From a virus, in the IMG/VR virus record IMGVR_UViG_3300025732_000019: a stretch of 64,000 nt of DNA. One strand, 5' to 3'. Position 1 is the first letter of the stretch, and the number at the start of each line of letters is the position of its first letter. Of the stretch, positions 20,502-29,627 are shown one piece after another. The notes below the pieces were generated by a model, which had not been told where the DNA came from, made no database searches, and saw only the letters and a program-made list of their open reading frames with translations. The translations under genes and the position numbers were made by a program.

Positions 20502-20708
20502 ATGGCTAAGAAAAGTATCACCATCGATTGCCCACAGTGCATGAACACATGCACTGTGCATGGCCAGAATGCAGAACTCTCACAGTTTTGCCCGTTCTGT
20601 GGTGAAGTGTTTGTTGCGGCATATGATGACGATGATGACGATGAATCATACGGTGCAGATTTTGATGATGATGATTACCGCTCACTTGCGGATGATGACG
20701 AAGAATAA
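20502..20708 (+). CDS. small Zn-ribbon protein with acidic tail
   Basis: CPQC...CPFCG plus poly-Asp; SD AGGAG. Confidence 0.7.
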   Translation: MAKKSITIDCPQCMNTCTVHGQNAELSQFCPFCGEVFVAAYDDDDDDESYGADFDDDDYRSLADDDEE

Positions 20709-20711
20709 CGC

Positions 20712-21266
20712 ATGACTGTTGGAATTGATTATAGTATGCAGGCACCTGCGGCGTGTGTCTTCTCGGAGACGCCGCAATTCTGGTGCGCGAGTCAACGCTC
20801 GTTTCCAACCTTGCCATCCCTCACCACGACAACGATTTCTGTTACCGAAGTCGTTCCACGTGCGGAACAGATGGCACAAGCGTTGATTCAATGGTTACAG
20901 CATTATCCAGATGTTCGTACCGTGTATATTGAAGACTATGCCTACAATGCAACTGGGCGCGTCTTTCATATCGGTGAACATGCAGGCATCCTCAAATATC
21001 TTTTGTGGTTGTCTCGCTACGATATCGTCGCGGTTCCGCCTACCGTCATTAAGAAGTTTGCGACCGGTAAGGGGAATGCCGATAAGAATCGTATGACGAG
21101 TGCATTCATGAAAGAATACCCCGAGGCGCATCGCTGGCAAGCCACATTCTTCCCTCGCACGGCTGCCACTGCGTCTGTTGCCAAATCCCCTCTTTCTGAT
21201 TTGGCGGATGCTTACTGGATTGCCAAGTATGCGAAAGCATACATTGACAAGACAACAGTAAAATAG
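20712..21266 (+). CDS. RuvC-like Holliday junction resolvase
   Basis: VGIDYS, IEDY, KKFATGKGNADK, DLADAY. Confidence 0.8.
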   Translation: MTVGIDYSMQAPAACVFSETPQFWCASQRSFPTLPSLTTTTISVTEVVPRAEQMAQALIQWLQHYPDVRTVYIEDYAYNATGRVFHIGEHAGILKYLLWLSRYDIVAVPPTVIKKFATGKGNADKNRMTSAFMKEYPEAHRWQATFFPRTAATASVAKSPLSDLADAYWIAKYAKAYIDKTTVK

Positions 21267-21272
21267 TATAAT
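21244..21272 (+). promoter_or_regulatory. consensus sigma70 early promoter
   Basis: TTGACA-17bp-TATAAT. Confidence 0.8.
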
Positions 21273-21294
21273 CTTAACCAAATTAGGAGGTTAT

Positions 21295-22686
21295 ATGAAG
21301 AGTCTGCTACGACTCGTCGCGCTGACATTGGCGCTATGGATAGTGTATTCGCTACTCACGTTTGCAGCATCGACTGAACAGGTATTGCGCGAAACCATAA
21401 ATGGCATCGATGCGCGTTCAGCTATTGTCTTGAACGTGCAGACGGGTGATATTGTGTGGGAGCAGAATGCACACGCGGTATTTCCGATTGCGAGTCTGAC
21501 GAAATTGATGACCGCAGCAGTGGTGATCGACGAACAACTCCCGCTGGATCGGATGACGACGGTGACGGTCGCAGACGTCAAATCCGCTTCGGTTACGTAT
21601 TTGCGGCCGCGTGATACCGTCTCTGTAGAAACACTGATGTATCTCATGATGGTTGGCTCCGACAATGCGGCCGCACGTATTCTCGGTCGACTTGTCGCGC
21701 AAAACACGTGGCGGTTTAGTCAAAAAATGAATACCTTAGCGAATGCGTTGGGTATGGAACGTGCAACGTACGTAGAACCTTCCGGTCTTTTAAGCGGAAA
21801 TCAAGCGTCGGCCGCGGATCTGGTGCAACTGTTGGTTCACGTGCAGCGACAGAGCGAATCGTTTCTACACCACTTATTGAACACACGCATCTATCAAACG
21901 CGCATTGGAAAACGCACAGTTGTCGTCAGTAATACCAATCGGTATCTCAACGATCATTTTCTGGCAACAAAAACTGGATACACCGCCGCAGCCAAATATT
22001 GCCTTGCGTTCATGTTCACCGCAGAGAACGGGCAGCAATATGCTGTGGTGATTCTCGGCGCGCCGTCGAGTTTGACACGATTTGAGATTAGTCAGCAAGT
22101 GTACGATATCTTGAACGAGACAGAAACAGAATCCACCAACATCGATGCGTGTGGGTTTCAGCCGAAAGCGATCAGTGAATCCGGTAAGACATTTATTCGC
22201 AGATTTGAATCGTTGCGACTGACGCCCTACTACGATCATATTGGTTATGCAGTCGGATATGGTATGCACACGTGGCAAGGCCAATCCGTAACGCGACGAT
22301 TCCCGTTCGCAATTACGCCAATGGATGTCGAACAAGAGTTTGACGCACAATTGACGAAATACACACAGGTGGTGAAAAGCAGCGTGTGCGCACCATTGTC
22401 GCAACCGATGATGGATTCGCTCGTCAGTATTGCGTGGAACCTTGGTCGCGTCAATACATCGATTGTCAACAAGTTCGAACGAAATCGCCCGTTGACCGCG
22501 ATTGATTTCTTGACAACCGCCACAGTAAAACGCCGACAGACAGATGCACTCGTCAATCGTCGTTTGCGCGAATATCTGATGTTTACGGGCGATTACGATA
22601 CTGCATTGGAGCGCAATACGAATCACAGTCTTCGTGCCGCAGTCAAGGGATTGCGCGTGGAAGTATATGATAACTCAATGATGTGA
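21295..22686 (+). CDS. exported D-Ala-D-Ala peptidase (S11/PBP7-like) fused to a GH24 lysozyme-like domain
   Basis: Signal/TM segment; SLTK, SDN and KTG motifs; C-terminal FIRRFE..LTPYYD..GYG...LVNRRLRE. Confidence 0.85.
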   Translation: MKSLLRLVALTLALWIVYSLLTFAASTEQVLRETINGIDARSAIVLNVQTGDIVWEQNAHAVFPIASLTKLMTAAVVIDEQLPLDRMTTVTVADVKSASVTYLRPRDTVSVETLMYLMMVGSDNAAARILGRLVAQNTWRFSQKMNTLANALGMERATYVEPSGLLSGNQASAADLVQLLVHVQRQSESFLHHLLNTRIYQTRIGKRTVVVSNTNRYLNDHFLATKTGYTAAAKYCLAFMFTAENGQQYAVVILGAPSSLTRFEISQQVYDILNETETESTNIDACGFQPKAISESGKTFIRRFESLRLTPYYDHIGYAVGYGMHTWQGQSVTRRFPFAITPMDVEQEFDAQLTKYTQVVKSSVCAPLSQPMMDSLVSIAWNLGRVNTSIVNKFERNRPLTAIDFLTTATVKRRQTDALVNRRLREYLMFTGDYDTALERNTNHSLRAAVKGLRVEVYDNSMM

Positions 22687-22698
22687 GATAATGCGCAT

Positions 22699-23268
22699 AT
22701 GAATATTTTTGTTCTTGACGAAAATCCAAAAGTTGCCGCACAGATGCATTGTGATAAGCATGTGTGCAAGATGTCTATCGAATACGCACAGTTGCTTTCG
22801 ACAGCGCATCATATTCATAATACAGATATTGCGCAAACAGGCCATATCTACAAACCGACACATGCAAAGCATCCTGCGACATTGTGGGTATCCGCGCATC
22901 CATTGCACTATGCATGGGTCTTTGAACTCATGCGTGAAACGTGGAACGAATACACATATCGGTATCAGCGTGTGCATGCGTCAAGTCGTTTGCTGTCGGC
23001 ACTTCAGATTGTACCCAATATGGGAACGATTGAAATGCCAACAGCACCCCCTCAGTGTATGCCAAATGCGTGTAAGATATCCGGCAATTCTTGGCAAGCA
23101 ACGGCTACCGCATACCGGCAATATTATATGATCGAAAAACGTGCATTTGCCACGTGGAAGACACGCGAGATTCCCACGTGGTTTATGCCACAAAATTGTG
23201 TTGACTCATTACCCATGTCGCAGTATAATATTTCTCATGAAACGAAATTCTCGTCATTGGGCAGATAA
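22699..23268 (+). CDS. pyrimidine-dimer DNA glycosylase-like protein
   Basis: MNIFVLD...HCDKHVCKM.IEYAQLL, YKPTH..HP, PPQCMP, AYRQYY. Confidence 0.75.
   Translation: MNIFVLDENPKVAAQMHCDKHVCKMSIEYAQLLSTAHHIHNTDIAQTGHIYKPTHAKHPATLWVSAHPLHYAWVFELMRETWNEYTYRYQRVHASSRLLSALQIVPNMGTIEMPTAPPQCMPNACKISGNSWQATATAYRQYYMIEKRAFATWKTREIPTWFMPQNCVDSLPMSQYNISHETKFSSLGR
23201..23229 (+). promoter_or_regulatory. sigma70 promoter
   Basis: TTGACT-17bp-TATAAT. Confidence 0.7.
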
Positions 23269-23506
23269 ACTCACCGCTAAAGACATTCATCGCATCATCA
23301 AACACTTCGAAGAGTGTGAAGCGTATGCAAAACCGTTAGCAGATAAGAAACGGGAACTGTGGATAATTGCACAGAAACGTGCGGCGTACATGCAAGAATT
23401 TTGGCGCAATATGCTTGTTGTGCAGCAAAACAATGAATCTATCGTACCGCATCTTCGCACTCTGCGAAATATCACGTGGTGCGCTGACGAACGTACGGAA
23501 TCGTGA
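23237..23506 (+). CDS. hypothetical protein
   Basis: ATG 7 nt after the -10 box. Confidence 0.5.
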   Translation: MKRNSRHWADKLTAKDIHRIIKHFEECEAYAKPLADKKRELWIIAQKRAAYMQEFWRNMLVVQQNNESIVPHLRTLRNITWCADERTES

Positions 23507-23535
23507 GCAGCAACGTGGAATTAATGACGAATAAC

Positions 23536-23620
23536 GGAGAGGAGCCCAACGGTCGGGAAGCAGTCTTGAAAACTGTCGCCGGTAATACGGTAGCAGGTTC
23601 GAATCCTGTCCTCTCCGCCA
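23536..23620 (+). tRNA. tRNA-Ser(UGA)
   Basis: GGAGAGG/CCTCTCC-G-CCA acceptor, CTTGAAA loop, long variable arm, GTTCGAAT. Confidence 0.9.
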
Positions 23621-23636
23621 TTTTCATGAGGAATAT

Positions 23637-24146
23637 ATGAGTCTACGCAAACCCATTGCATTTAGTTCATTCGGTGGGTATCGTCGATTTACGCGATATT
23701 GGTGGAATGATATTTTTTGGTATCTGACGGGAATAACATTCTATTCATTTGAATGGACATTTGATTATGGTCTGCCAGGATGGTGCCGAGATATTCATGC
23801 ATATTGGCATCGTGCACGATATGGCTGGGCACCACGAGATACGTGGAGCCTCGATGGGTATCTTAATCAAACATTGGCAGGGTCATTAGAATATTTGTCG
23901 GAACATACGCATGGATGCCCCGCCGCATATATCTCCGCAGAAGAGTCTGTTGACGCGGATTGTGATCGATGGGAGGCGGATCTTCGTCGGTGGGCGTTAG
24001 CATTCAGTGAAGACCCGCAGGATGTGGATATTTTTGATGCCGAACACGGATATGCTCGGCACAATGCGGAAGAAAAGCGCCGGCGGCATAACCTGCATCA
24101 GGCGCTAAAAGAAATTGAACCAATGTGGGAGGCATTATGGGATTAG
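23637..24146 (+). CDS. hypothetical protein
   Basis: SD GAGG; Trp-rich ORF. Confidence 0.6.
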   Translation: MSLRKPIAFSSFGGYRRFTRYWWNDIFWYLTGITFYSFEWTFDYGLPGWCRDIHAYWHRARYGWAPRDTWSLDGYLNQTLAGSLEYLSEHTHGCPAAYISAEESVDADCDRWEADLRRWALAFSEDPQDVDIFDAEHGYARHNAEEKRRRHNLHQALKEIEPMWEALWD

Positions 24147-24409
24147 CAAAAAAGAAACTGTATCTCATTGAAACTACGTCGTCATTTCGACTTCGCTATC
24201 TCGTCGAAGCCGACTCTATGCAAGCCGCTGAAGATGAGGTAACGTCTGAACGTGCTGTAGAATGGCAGCAGAAACATCTTGGTGAATCGATTGATGGTGT
24301 CGAGGTTGTCACCCTGCGTCAACTGAAGACGGGCCGATATCACAAGGATAATAAGACGGATGGGTCGCATTGGGTGCCGGTTGAACGATTCATTCACAAA
24401 GGAAAGTAG
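24137..24409 (+). CDS. hypothetical protein
   Basis: SD GGAGG; overlapping operon. Confidence 0.55.
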   Translation: MGLAKKKLYLIETTSSFRLRYLVEADSMQAAEDEVTSERAVEWQQKHLGESIDGVEVVTLRQLKTGRYHKDNKTDGSHWVPVERFIHKGK

Positions 24410-24410
24410 T

Positions 24411-24728
24411 ATGAGTCGGCCAAACCTTGAACTTGATCTTCTTCGCAATATCGCACTCTGCGAACGAGTGCAGACTGACCGCGAATTTGCCAAATCGCTC
24501 TATGCGGCGTTGTGTAATATTGAGTTTCACCATCCTGAGTTGGATGAGCCGTGGGGTTGTACGTGGCGCTATGCGGGTGGGATTGTAGCCGATATGGAAA
24601 ATAACGGCGGCGACTATATAGATTATTACTGCTCAGGCAACGAAGGTCATGTCACCGAGGAACTCCGCAGCATTTTTATGGAGATGGGGTGGGATCCTCA
24701 GCCATATCCCAAGATGAGCAACCAGTAA
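24411..24728 (+). CDS. conserved phage hypothetical protein
   Basis: LYAALCN...CTWRYAGGIVAD...YIDYYCSG. Confidence 0.65.
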   Translation: MSRPNLELDLLRNIALCERVQTDREFAKSLYAALCNIEFHHPELDEPWGCTWRYAGGIVADMENNGGDYIDYYCSGNEGHVTEELRSIFMEMGWDPQPYPKMSNQ

Positions 24729-24732
24729 GCCT

Positions 24733-24975
24733 ATGCGTACATACGCACAAGAACTGGCCAGCGTCGTGCAGCAAGAACTACTTCCCCGACTAAAACGTTT
24801 GGGTGTAACGATTGATGGCTCTCCAATTACGCACGAAGATATGGCATTTTTAGTACATGCCAAGTTGCGCGGAGAGTTATCCCATCGGCAGCTTCGTACG
24901 ATCATGGACGCAATGTGCGATCCAGAATTTCCCACGTTCGTGTCCAAAATGGAGACATCTGATCATGAGCAATAA
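24733..24975 (+). CDS. hypothetical protein
   Basis: Compact operon context. Confidence 0.5.
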   Translation: MRTYAQELASVVQQELLPRLKRLGVTIDGSPITHEDMAFLVHAKLRGELSHRQLRTIMDAMCDPEFPTFVSKMETSDHEQ

Positions 24976-25267
24976 TAATCTTTATATCGTGCCCGAACAA
25001 AAAAAATCTTCTGAAACACAAACGCCATCCTCAGAAACACTGGTGATCGATACGTCGCCAAGCCGTGCGGCAGATCAGCCTGCGATTGAGACGCAGGAAG
25101 AGCGATTGCGCCGAGCAGAAGTGGCGGCTGCCAACATGCAGTATCTGCGACGAATGGTCGAACTTGCAGAACGGCAAGAACGTCGTGTCGTCATGAAGCA
25201 GAAGCGTAAAGCGAAGAACCGAGCCAAGAATAAAGTCGCTCGTCAGTCGCGCAAGCGTAATCGCTAA
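24965..25267 (+). CDS. hypothetical protein with basic C-terminus
   Basis: SD GGAG; ends KNKVARQSRKRNR. Confidence 0.55.
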   Translation: MSNNNLYIVPEQKKSSETQTPSSETLVIDTSPSRAADQPAIETQEERLRRAEVAAANMQYLRRMVELAERQERRVVMKQKRKAKNRAKNKVARQSRKRNR

Positions 25268-25283
25268 TACCTTACTAATCAAC

Positions 25284-25369
25284 GGGGGCGTGGCGTAATG
25301 GCAGCCGCGGAAGCCTTAAGAGCTTTTGTTCGCAAGAACGTGGGGGTTCGAGTCCCTCCGCCCCTACCA
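25284..25369 (+). tRNA. tRNA-Leu(UAA)
   Basis: Cloverleaf, CTTAAGA loop, long variable arm, GTTCGAGT, ACCA end. Confidence 0.9.
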
Positions 25370-25381
25370 CCATTTTTCATC

Positions 25382-25454
25382 GGGGTTGTAGTTCAGTTGG
25401 TTAGAACGCAGCACTGTCACTGCTGAGGCCGCGAGTCCAGTCGCGGGCACCACC
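25382..25454 (+). pseudogene. degenerate tRNA-Asp(GUC)
   Basis: Intact D arm and CAGCA-CTGTCAC-TGCTG anticodon arm; no TTCGA loop; mismatched acceptor; no CCA. Confidence 0.65.
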
Positions 25455-25461
25455 GTCGTAG

Positions 25462-25510
25462 CGTCTCAGATATGAAACCGTAACATACATAGTGTCTCAT
25501 ATCTGAGACG
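25462..25510. repeat. 14-bp perfect inverted repeat
   Basis: CGTCTCAGATATGA-21nt-TCATATCTGAGACG. Confidence 0.85.
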
Positions 25511-25575
25511 TTAGTATTCAATGTCATACATTTACGTCATTTTCAAACTCCTATATAGTATCAGTAACCTTTTTC

Positions 25576-26502
25576 ATGGAGTTTGACATGGCGTTATCTG
25601 TTCGTGAACAATCGTTCTTGCTCGTTGCGGCCGTTGCTCTCGGTATTACACTCGGTGTTCTTGTGCGCCCTGCACCGTCAGGTTCAGATCTGAATGTCAC
25701 ATTAGCGCATCCAGCCCCAAACGTTGCCACACTACAAGTGCCTGTGCCTGTCGTCACCGAAAAAGTGGTGAAAGAGTACGTGCGTGTGGAAGACCGCGCG
25801 GCGCTGACGGCATTGATCGAAGAAAACCGAAAACTCAAAGTGCAGGTGCAAGAACTAAGCGTCACCGTGGCCGAATATCGCAGCGCAGGCACCGGCACTG
25901 CGACGGTGACACCGGCGACACCTGCGTCAGTAGAACCGGAACCCGTGCATGCGGAGTTTAAGGATTGGCGACTGGCATTTACATTGAATGGCACCGATGC
26001 TAACTACACGTTGACACAGAAGTTTGTCATTCTCAACACCGTAGGAAAGAACAAGAAGAATGTGCCAACGCAACTCATTCGATTGTATGAGGTGGGCCCC
26101 GATGAGCAGCGAACCCCCATTCCAACGGTCGAAACCACCACTATTGCCGCAACCGAAAATCTTCCCCATACGTTTTCACATATTACGGTACAAGCGGGGT
26201 TAGGTGCAACATTTTCGACGACAGGAACCACATCTTCGACACGTGCAGGAGTCGTGGCCGTCACGTGGTTACAACGAGGTCGTTCTATTGCTACGGCAGA
26301 CACTCGTTGGTCGTACCTTGCGCCAGCCGTGGCGCTGACGAACACCGAGAAGATTATTGGTATTGTTCCCATTGCGTTCAATCTTGGTAGCCTACCCAAA
26401 CAGCCATTTACCAATGTCTGGATCTCTCCGTTTGTTGGAACCACAGATATTGCTATTCCGCGAGTGACGCGATTCGGAATATTTGGAACAGCAACATTTT
26501 AG
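25576..26502 (+). CDS. membrane-anchored hypothetical protein
   Basis: N-terminal TM, coiled coil, beta-rich C-terminus ending in Phe. Confidence 0.65.
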   Translation: MEFDMALSVREQSFLLVAAVALGITLGVLVRPAPSGSDLNVTLAHPAPNVATLQVPVPVVTEKVVKEYVRVEDRAALTALIEENRKLKVQVQELSVTVAEYRSAGTGTATVTPATPASVEPEPVHAEFKDWRLAFTLNGTDANYTLTQKFVILNTVGKNKKNVPTQLIRLYEVGPDEQRTPIPTVETTTIAATENLPHTFSHITVQAGLGATFSTTGTTSSTRAGVVAVTWLQRGRSIATADTRWSYLAPAVALTNTEKIIGIVPIAFNLGSLPKQPFTNVWISPFVGTTDIAIPRVTRFGIFGTATF

Positions 26503-26503
26503 G

Positions 26504-26532
26504 TTGACGTGCGCATCAACAGATCGTATAAT
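26504..26532 (+). promoter_or_regulatory. sigma70 promoter
   Basis: TTGACG-17bp-TATAAT. Confidence 0.7.
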
Positions 26533-26540
26533 ATACAACT

Positions 26541-26936
26541 ATGAAGTCAAACACATCATCTCAACCGGCATGGTGTTGCCTTACGTGCGGCACTAAGTTT
26601 GGACGCTGGTACGTATCGGGCACATATACCGGCCCTGTTGGGCACCTCGCAACATGGCATCCCGGTACCTGCGGCGTCTGTGGCTATGGACGTGAGGTTA
26701 CGGAACCTCGCGACTTCGGATACCTCATTCCTGCATGGAACAAAAACCTTCACTTCCGCCTTCGGCCAAGAGCAAACAAACTCTCCAAGTTTGGCAAGCT
26801 ACCTCGCAAAGCTGCTAAAGCCCACGAAACACGCAGAAAAAACAAAGCTCGAAAGCGTATGCTCAAAAAGATTGATGATGCGGTTCGTGCACGGCATAAT
26901 GCGTTTGACCCGACGCCGCGCCTACGAAAAGCGTAA
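26541..26936 (+). CDS. Zn-binding basic hypothetical protein
   Basis: CxxCG...CGVCG; basic tail. Confidence 0.55.
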   Translation: MKSNTSSQPAWCCLTCGTKFGRWYVSGTYTGPVGHLATWHPGTCGVCGYGREVTEPRDFGYLIPAWNKNLHFRLRPRANKLSKFGKLPRKAAKAHETRRKNKARKRMLKKIDDAVRARHNAFDPTPRLRKA

Positions 26937-26992
26937 GTGCGCTACAATATACGTTGTCACGTCTGTTTGATACATAGTTGAGGTAATACACA

Positions 26993-27184
26993 ATGCCACG
27001 ATGGGATTTTCAATGTGAACAGTGCCGGTGCGTTATGGAGATCAGTTTTTCGTCATACGCTGCATCGGAAACGGCCACATGCCCGACGTGTCACTCTCCC
27101 CTTCGACGTCTTCCGAGCACCGCAGTTTTTACCATTCATGGATACAACGCAAAAAACCTCTATTCGATCAAAGGAAAATCATGA
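26993..27184 (+). CDS. FmdB-family zinc-ribbon protein
   Basis: MPRWDFQCEQC...CPTC. Confidence 0.75.
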   Translation: MPRWDFQCEQCRCVMEISFSSYAASETATCPTCHSPLRRLPSTAVFTIHGYNAKNLYSIKGKS

Positions 27185-28131
27185 GCACAAACGCTAAAGG
27201 CGGCACAGAACTGATCTGCGCCAATCTTCACGCAGCACTTCCGGAATTAACCAGTCAGGTGCAGATCATCATGTCGCGCCCAGAACAGGTGACGCTAGAA
27301 GACAAACCGCGTATTCTGTGGTTGCAAGATCTACCACAAGACCCTGCTAGTGCATGCCTTCGCGATAAATCGTATCGCACACAGTTCAATCGTATTGTGT
27401 TCTGCTCACATTGGCAGCAACAGCAGTATCAACAGTATTTGGGCATTCCGTATGCAGAAGGCGTTGTCATCAAGAATGCGGTGCCGTTTCGTGAAGCGCA
27501 GTTTCCAAAGCCGCGCACGGAGAACAAGCTCAAGTTTATCTACACTTCGACGCCACATCGTGGATTAGCGGTTCTTGCGGCGGCCGCAGAAGCCCTCTCC
27601 AAGATTCGTCAGGATTGGGAACTGCATGTCTACTCCTCATTCAAGATCTACGGATGGGAAGGAGCGGATGCCCAGTTTGAACCACTCTACACGTTGCTGA
27701 AGAATAATCCCTGCGTCGTCTATCACGGCACACAGCCGAATGATGTCGTGCGTGACGCGTTGCAGTCATCTCATGTGTTTGTCTATCCGTCAATCTATGC
27801 GGAAACCTCATGCATGGCGATTCAGGAAGCCCTCATGTCTGGCTGTCTCGCGATCACCTCAAACTTTGGTGCGCTGCCAGAAACGTGCGCAGAGTGGGCA
27901 TGGATGTTCCCGTTCGACGAACGGCCGGAACTCATGATTCATCGCACGTTAGCTGGCATGCAGCGCGCCTTGGAATCTTACGATGAACCGCTGATGCAGG
28001 AACAACTGCGTGTGCAGAGTCTCTACTATCAGCAGTTCTATGCGTTTGAAGGCCGAGTGCCGACATGGAAGCGATTGCTGGAAATGGTCATTGAAGAAGG
28101 CACGCCGGTGCAGAAGCTGGTTATTGAATAA
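27181..28131 (+). CDS. GT-B (GT4-like) glycosyltransferase
   Basis: GGTE, YTSTPHRGL, YPS...ETSC...EA...GALPET; ATGA overlap at 27181. Confidence 0.85.
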   Translation: MSTNAKGGTELICANLHAALPELTSQVQIIMSRPEQVTLEDKPRILWLQDLPQDPASACLRDKSYRTQFNRIVFCSHWQQQQYQQYLGIPYAEGVVIKNAVPFREAQFPKPRTENKLKFIYTSTPHRGLAVLAAAAEALSKIRQDWELHVYSSFKIYGWEGADAQFEPLYTLLKNNPCVVYHGTQPNDVVRDALQSSHVFVYPSIYAETSCMAIQEALMSGCLAITSNFGALPETCAEWAWMFPFDERPELMIHRTLAGMQRALESYDEPLMQEQLRVQSLYYQQFYAFEGRVPTWKRLLEMVIEEGTPVQKLVIE

Positions 28132-28376
28132 TGGCGCGAGTGATTCCCTTTCCGACGCCGGAGTCAACACCAAACACCACAAATGTGGTGTTGACACGCG
28201 ATGATCACAAAGAACGTCTTATTTCGGAAACGTCATTCTATTGTAAGCGATTGCTAGGATTTTATCGGTCAACCGGATTGTGGCACGACAAATGTAATCG
28301 CCCGATGGGCATGGCGATTCATTCGCTACAAGATGTCTGTAATCTCATGTTGGAGCAAGCACATGTTAAAGAATAA
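28131..28376 (+). CDS. hypothetical protein
   Basis: Coupled ORF. Confidence 0.5.
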   Translation: MARVIPFPTPESTPNTTNVVLTRDDHKERLISETSFYCKRLLGFYRSTGLWHDKCNRPMGMAIHSLQDVCNLMLEQAHVKE

Positions 28377-28815
28377 AAACTTGGGTGAAGTCTTCGAACG
28401 TCAGCAGAAGTTGGTCAAAATTCCCGACAAAGTGGACAACTTACGGCAAAACGATACTCCCGGCATGCGCTACATTTTGCAATTAGCGCATGCTGATGTA
28501 AAATGGTTGTTACCAGAAGGTGCACCACCGTACAAAGCGGATCCGGGCACACATGGATTGACGCCATCGAACTTGTTTCGCGAACTACGAACGCTCTATT
28601 TGTTTCTCGACGGAGGCAATCCAACACTGACACGCTTGCGTCGTGAACAACTGTTTGTGCAACTACTTGAACGTGTACATGTGTCTGAAGCAGAAATGTT
28701 GATTGCCTTGAAAGATAAGAAGTTTGTCAACAAGTATCGATGCCCTAAAAACGTGGTGGAAGAGGCGTTTCCGCAGTTGCTAGAACAACCATTTCAAATT
28801 CGGTTTATTCGGTAG
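28363..28815 (+). CDS. conserved T4-like hypothetical protein
   Basis: LPEGAPPY...RREQLF.QLLE..H..EA..L...KDK...V..AFP. Confidence 0.7.
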   Translation: MLKNKNLGEVFERQQKLVKIPDKVDNLRQNDTPGMRYILQLAHADVKWLLPEGAPPYKADPGTHGLTPSNLFRELRTLYLFLDGGNPTLTRLRREQLFVQLLERVHVSEAEMLIALKDKKFVNKYRCPKNVVEEAFPQLLEQPFQIRFIR

Positions 28816-28830
28816 GAGAGGAACATCGTC

Positions 28831-29031
28831 ATGTCGAGAAGTTGGCAAGGAAAATACCGTGCTCGGGATTCCAAGAAAGTACAGAAGTCAAAGCGCAAAC
28901 GAGAACCCAATGCCTACGACAGCAAGATTGTCAAACCGCCAACAAAAACTGAACTACGTAATACTTTGCAGCATGCTATCTTGACGCAAGACCATGAAGC
29001 ATTTGAAGATTACGATGAATGGGAGTTCTAA
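28831..29031 (+). CDS. hypothetical protein
   Basis: SD GAGG. Confidence 0.55.
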   Translation: MSRSWQGKYRARDSKKVQKSKRKREPNAYDSKIVKPPTKTELRNTLQHAILTQDHEAFEDYDEWEF

Positions 29032-29034
29032 TCG

Positions 29035-29373
29035 ATGAATACCAATGATGACATGCCAACGCCAGATATTTCGAGTGTGGTGCAGTCTGTTATTGCGAAA
29101 AACTTGAACCTTGAGTATGAACGCGTGATTTCCCCATCGCGTCTTATTAACACCGTGATAGGAAGTCTGTGCTTTTTCAGTAGTGTGCGCGCCCTGTCAC
29201 AGGGTACAACCCCAACAGATTTTGTCATTGGTGCGATCGCCGCTGCCGGTTTTTTGCGAGTAGTGGTCGGCCCGATTACTATAGTACAGTTGACTCATGC
29301 ATCGTCTGTTCGCTTCGAGCAATGGTTGATGGAAGAAGACGCGAAAGACGATACGGAGAATAATGATGCCTAA
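29035..29373 (+). CDS. hypothetical membrane protein
   Basis: Hydrophobic segments; operon context. Confidence 0.5.
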   Translation: MNTNDDMPTPDISSVVQSVIAKNLNLEYERVISPSRLINTVIGSLCFFSSVRALSQGTTPTDFVIGAIAAAGFLRVVVGPITIVQLTHASSVRFEQWLMEEDAKDDTENNDA

Positions 29374-29623
29374 TTATGATTTTCAATGCACCTCATGCGG
29401 CTTTACCGTCACCGATATGCAGTTGACAATTGCGAACCGCGACTATCCCACCACGCAGCCGTGCCCGCAGTGCAACGAACTCGGTTCAATTGAGCGGTGT
29501 GCATCCGCGCCCGGTGTGGGGTACACCATCAATCGCGGCGGATTGAAGACGCCTGAAGCGTTCAAAGACATTTTGCGCGACATTAAGAAACGGCACCGTC
29601 GCTCGACCATCAACATCGACTAA
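29363..29623 (+). CDS. FmdB-family zinc-ribbon protein
   Basis: MPNYDFQCTSCG...PCPQC. Confidence 0.75.
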   Translation: MMPNYDFQCTSCGFTVTDMQLTIANRDYPTTQPCPQCNELGSIERCASAPGVGYTINRGGLKTPEAFKDILRDIKKRHRRSTINID

Positions 29624-29627
29624 CATC

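Noticed and set aside
20502-20708. LysW-like carrier protein
   Set aside because: It has a Zn ribbon and acidic tail but lacks the C-terminal EDWGE, and no LysX-type ligase is nearby.
27022-27180. N-terminal extension of the glycosyltransferase
   Set aside because: It overlaps the FmdB ORF; the ATGA-coupled start at 27181 fits better.
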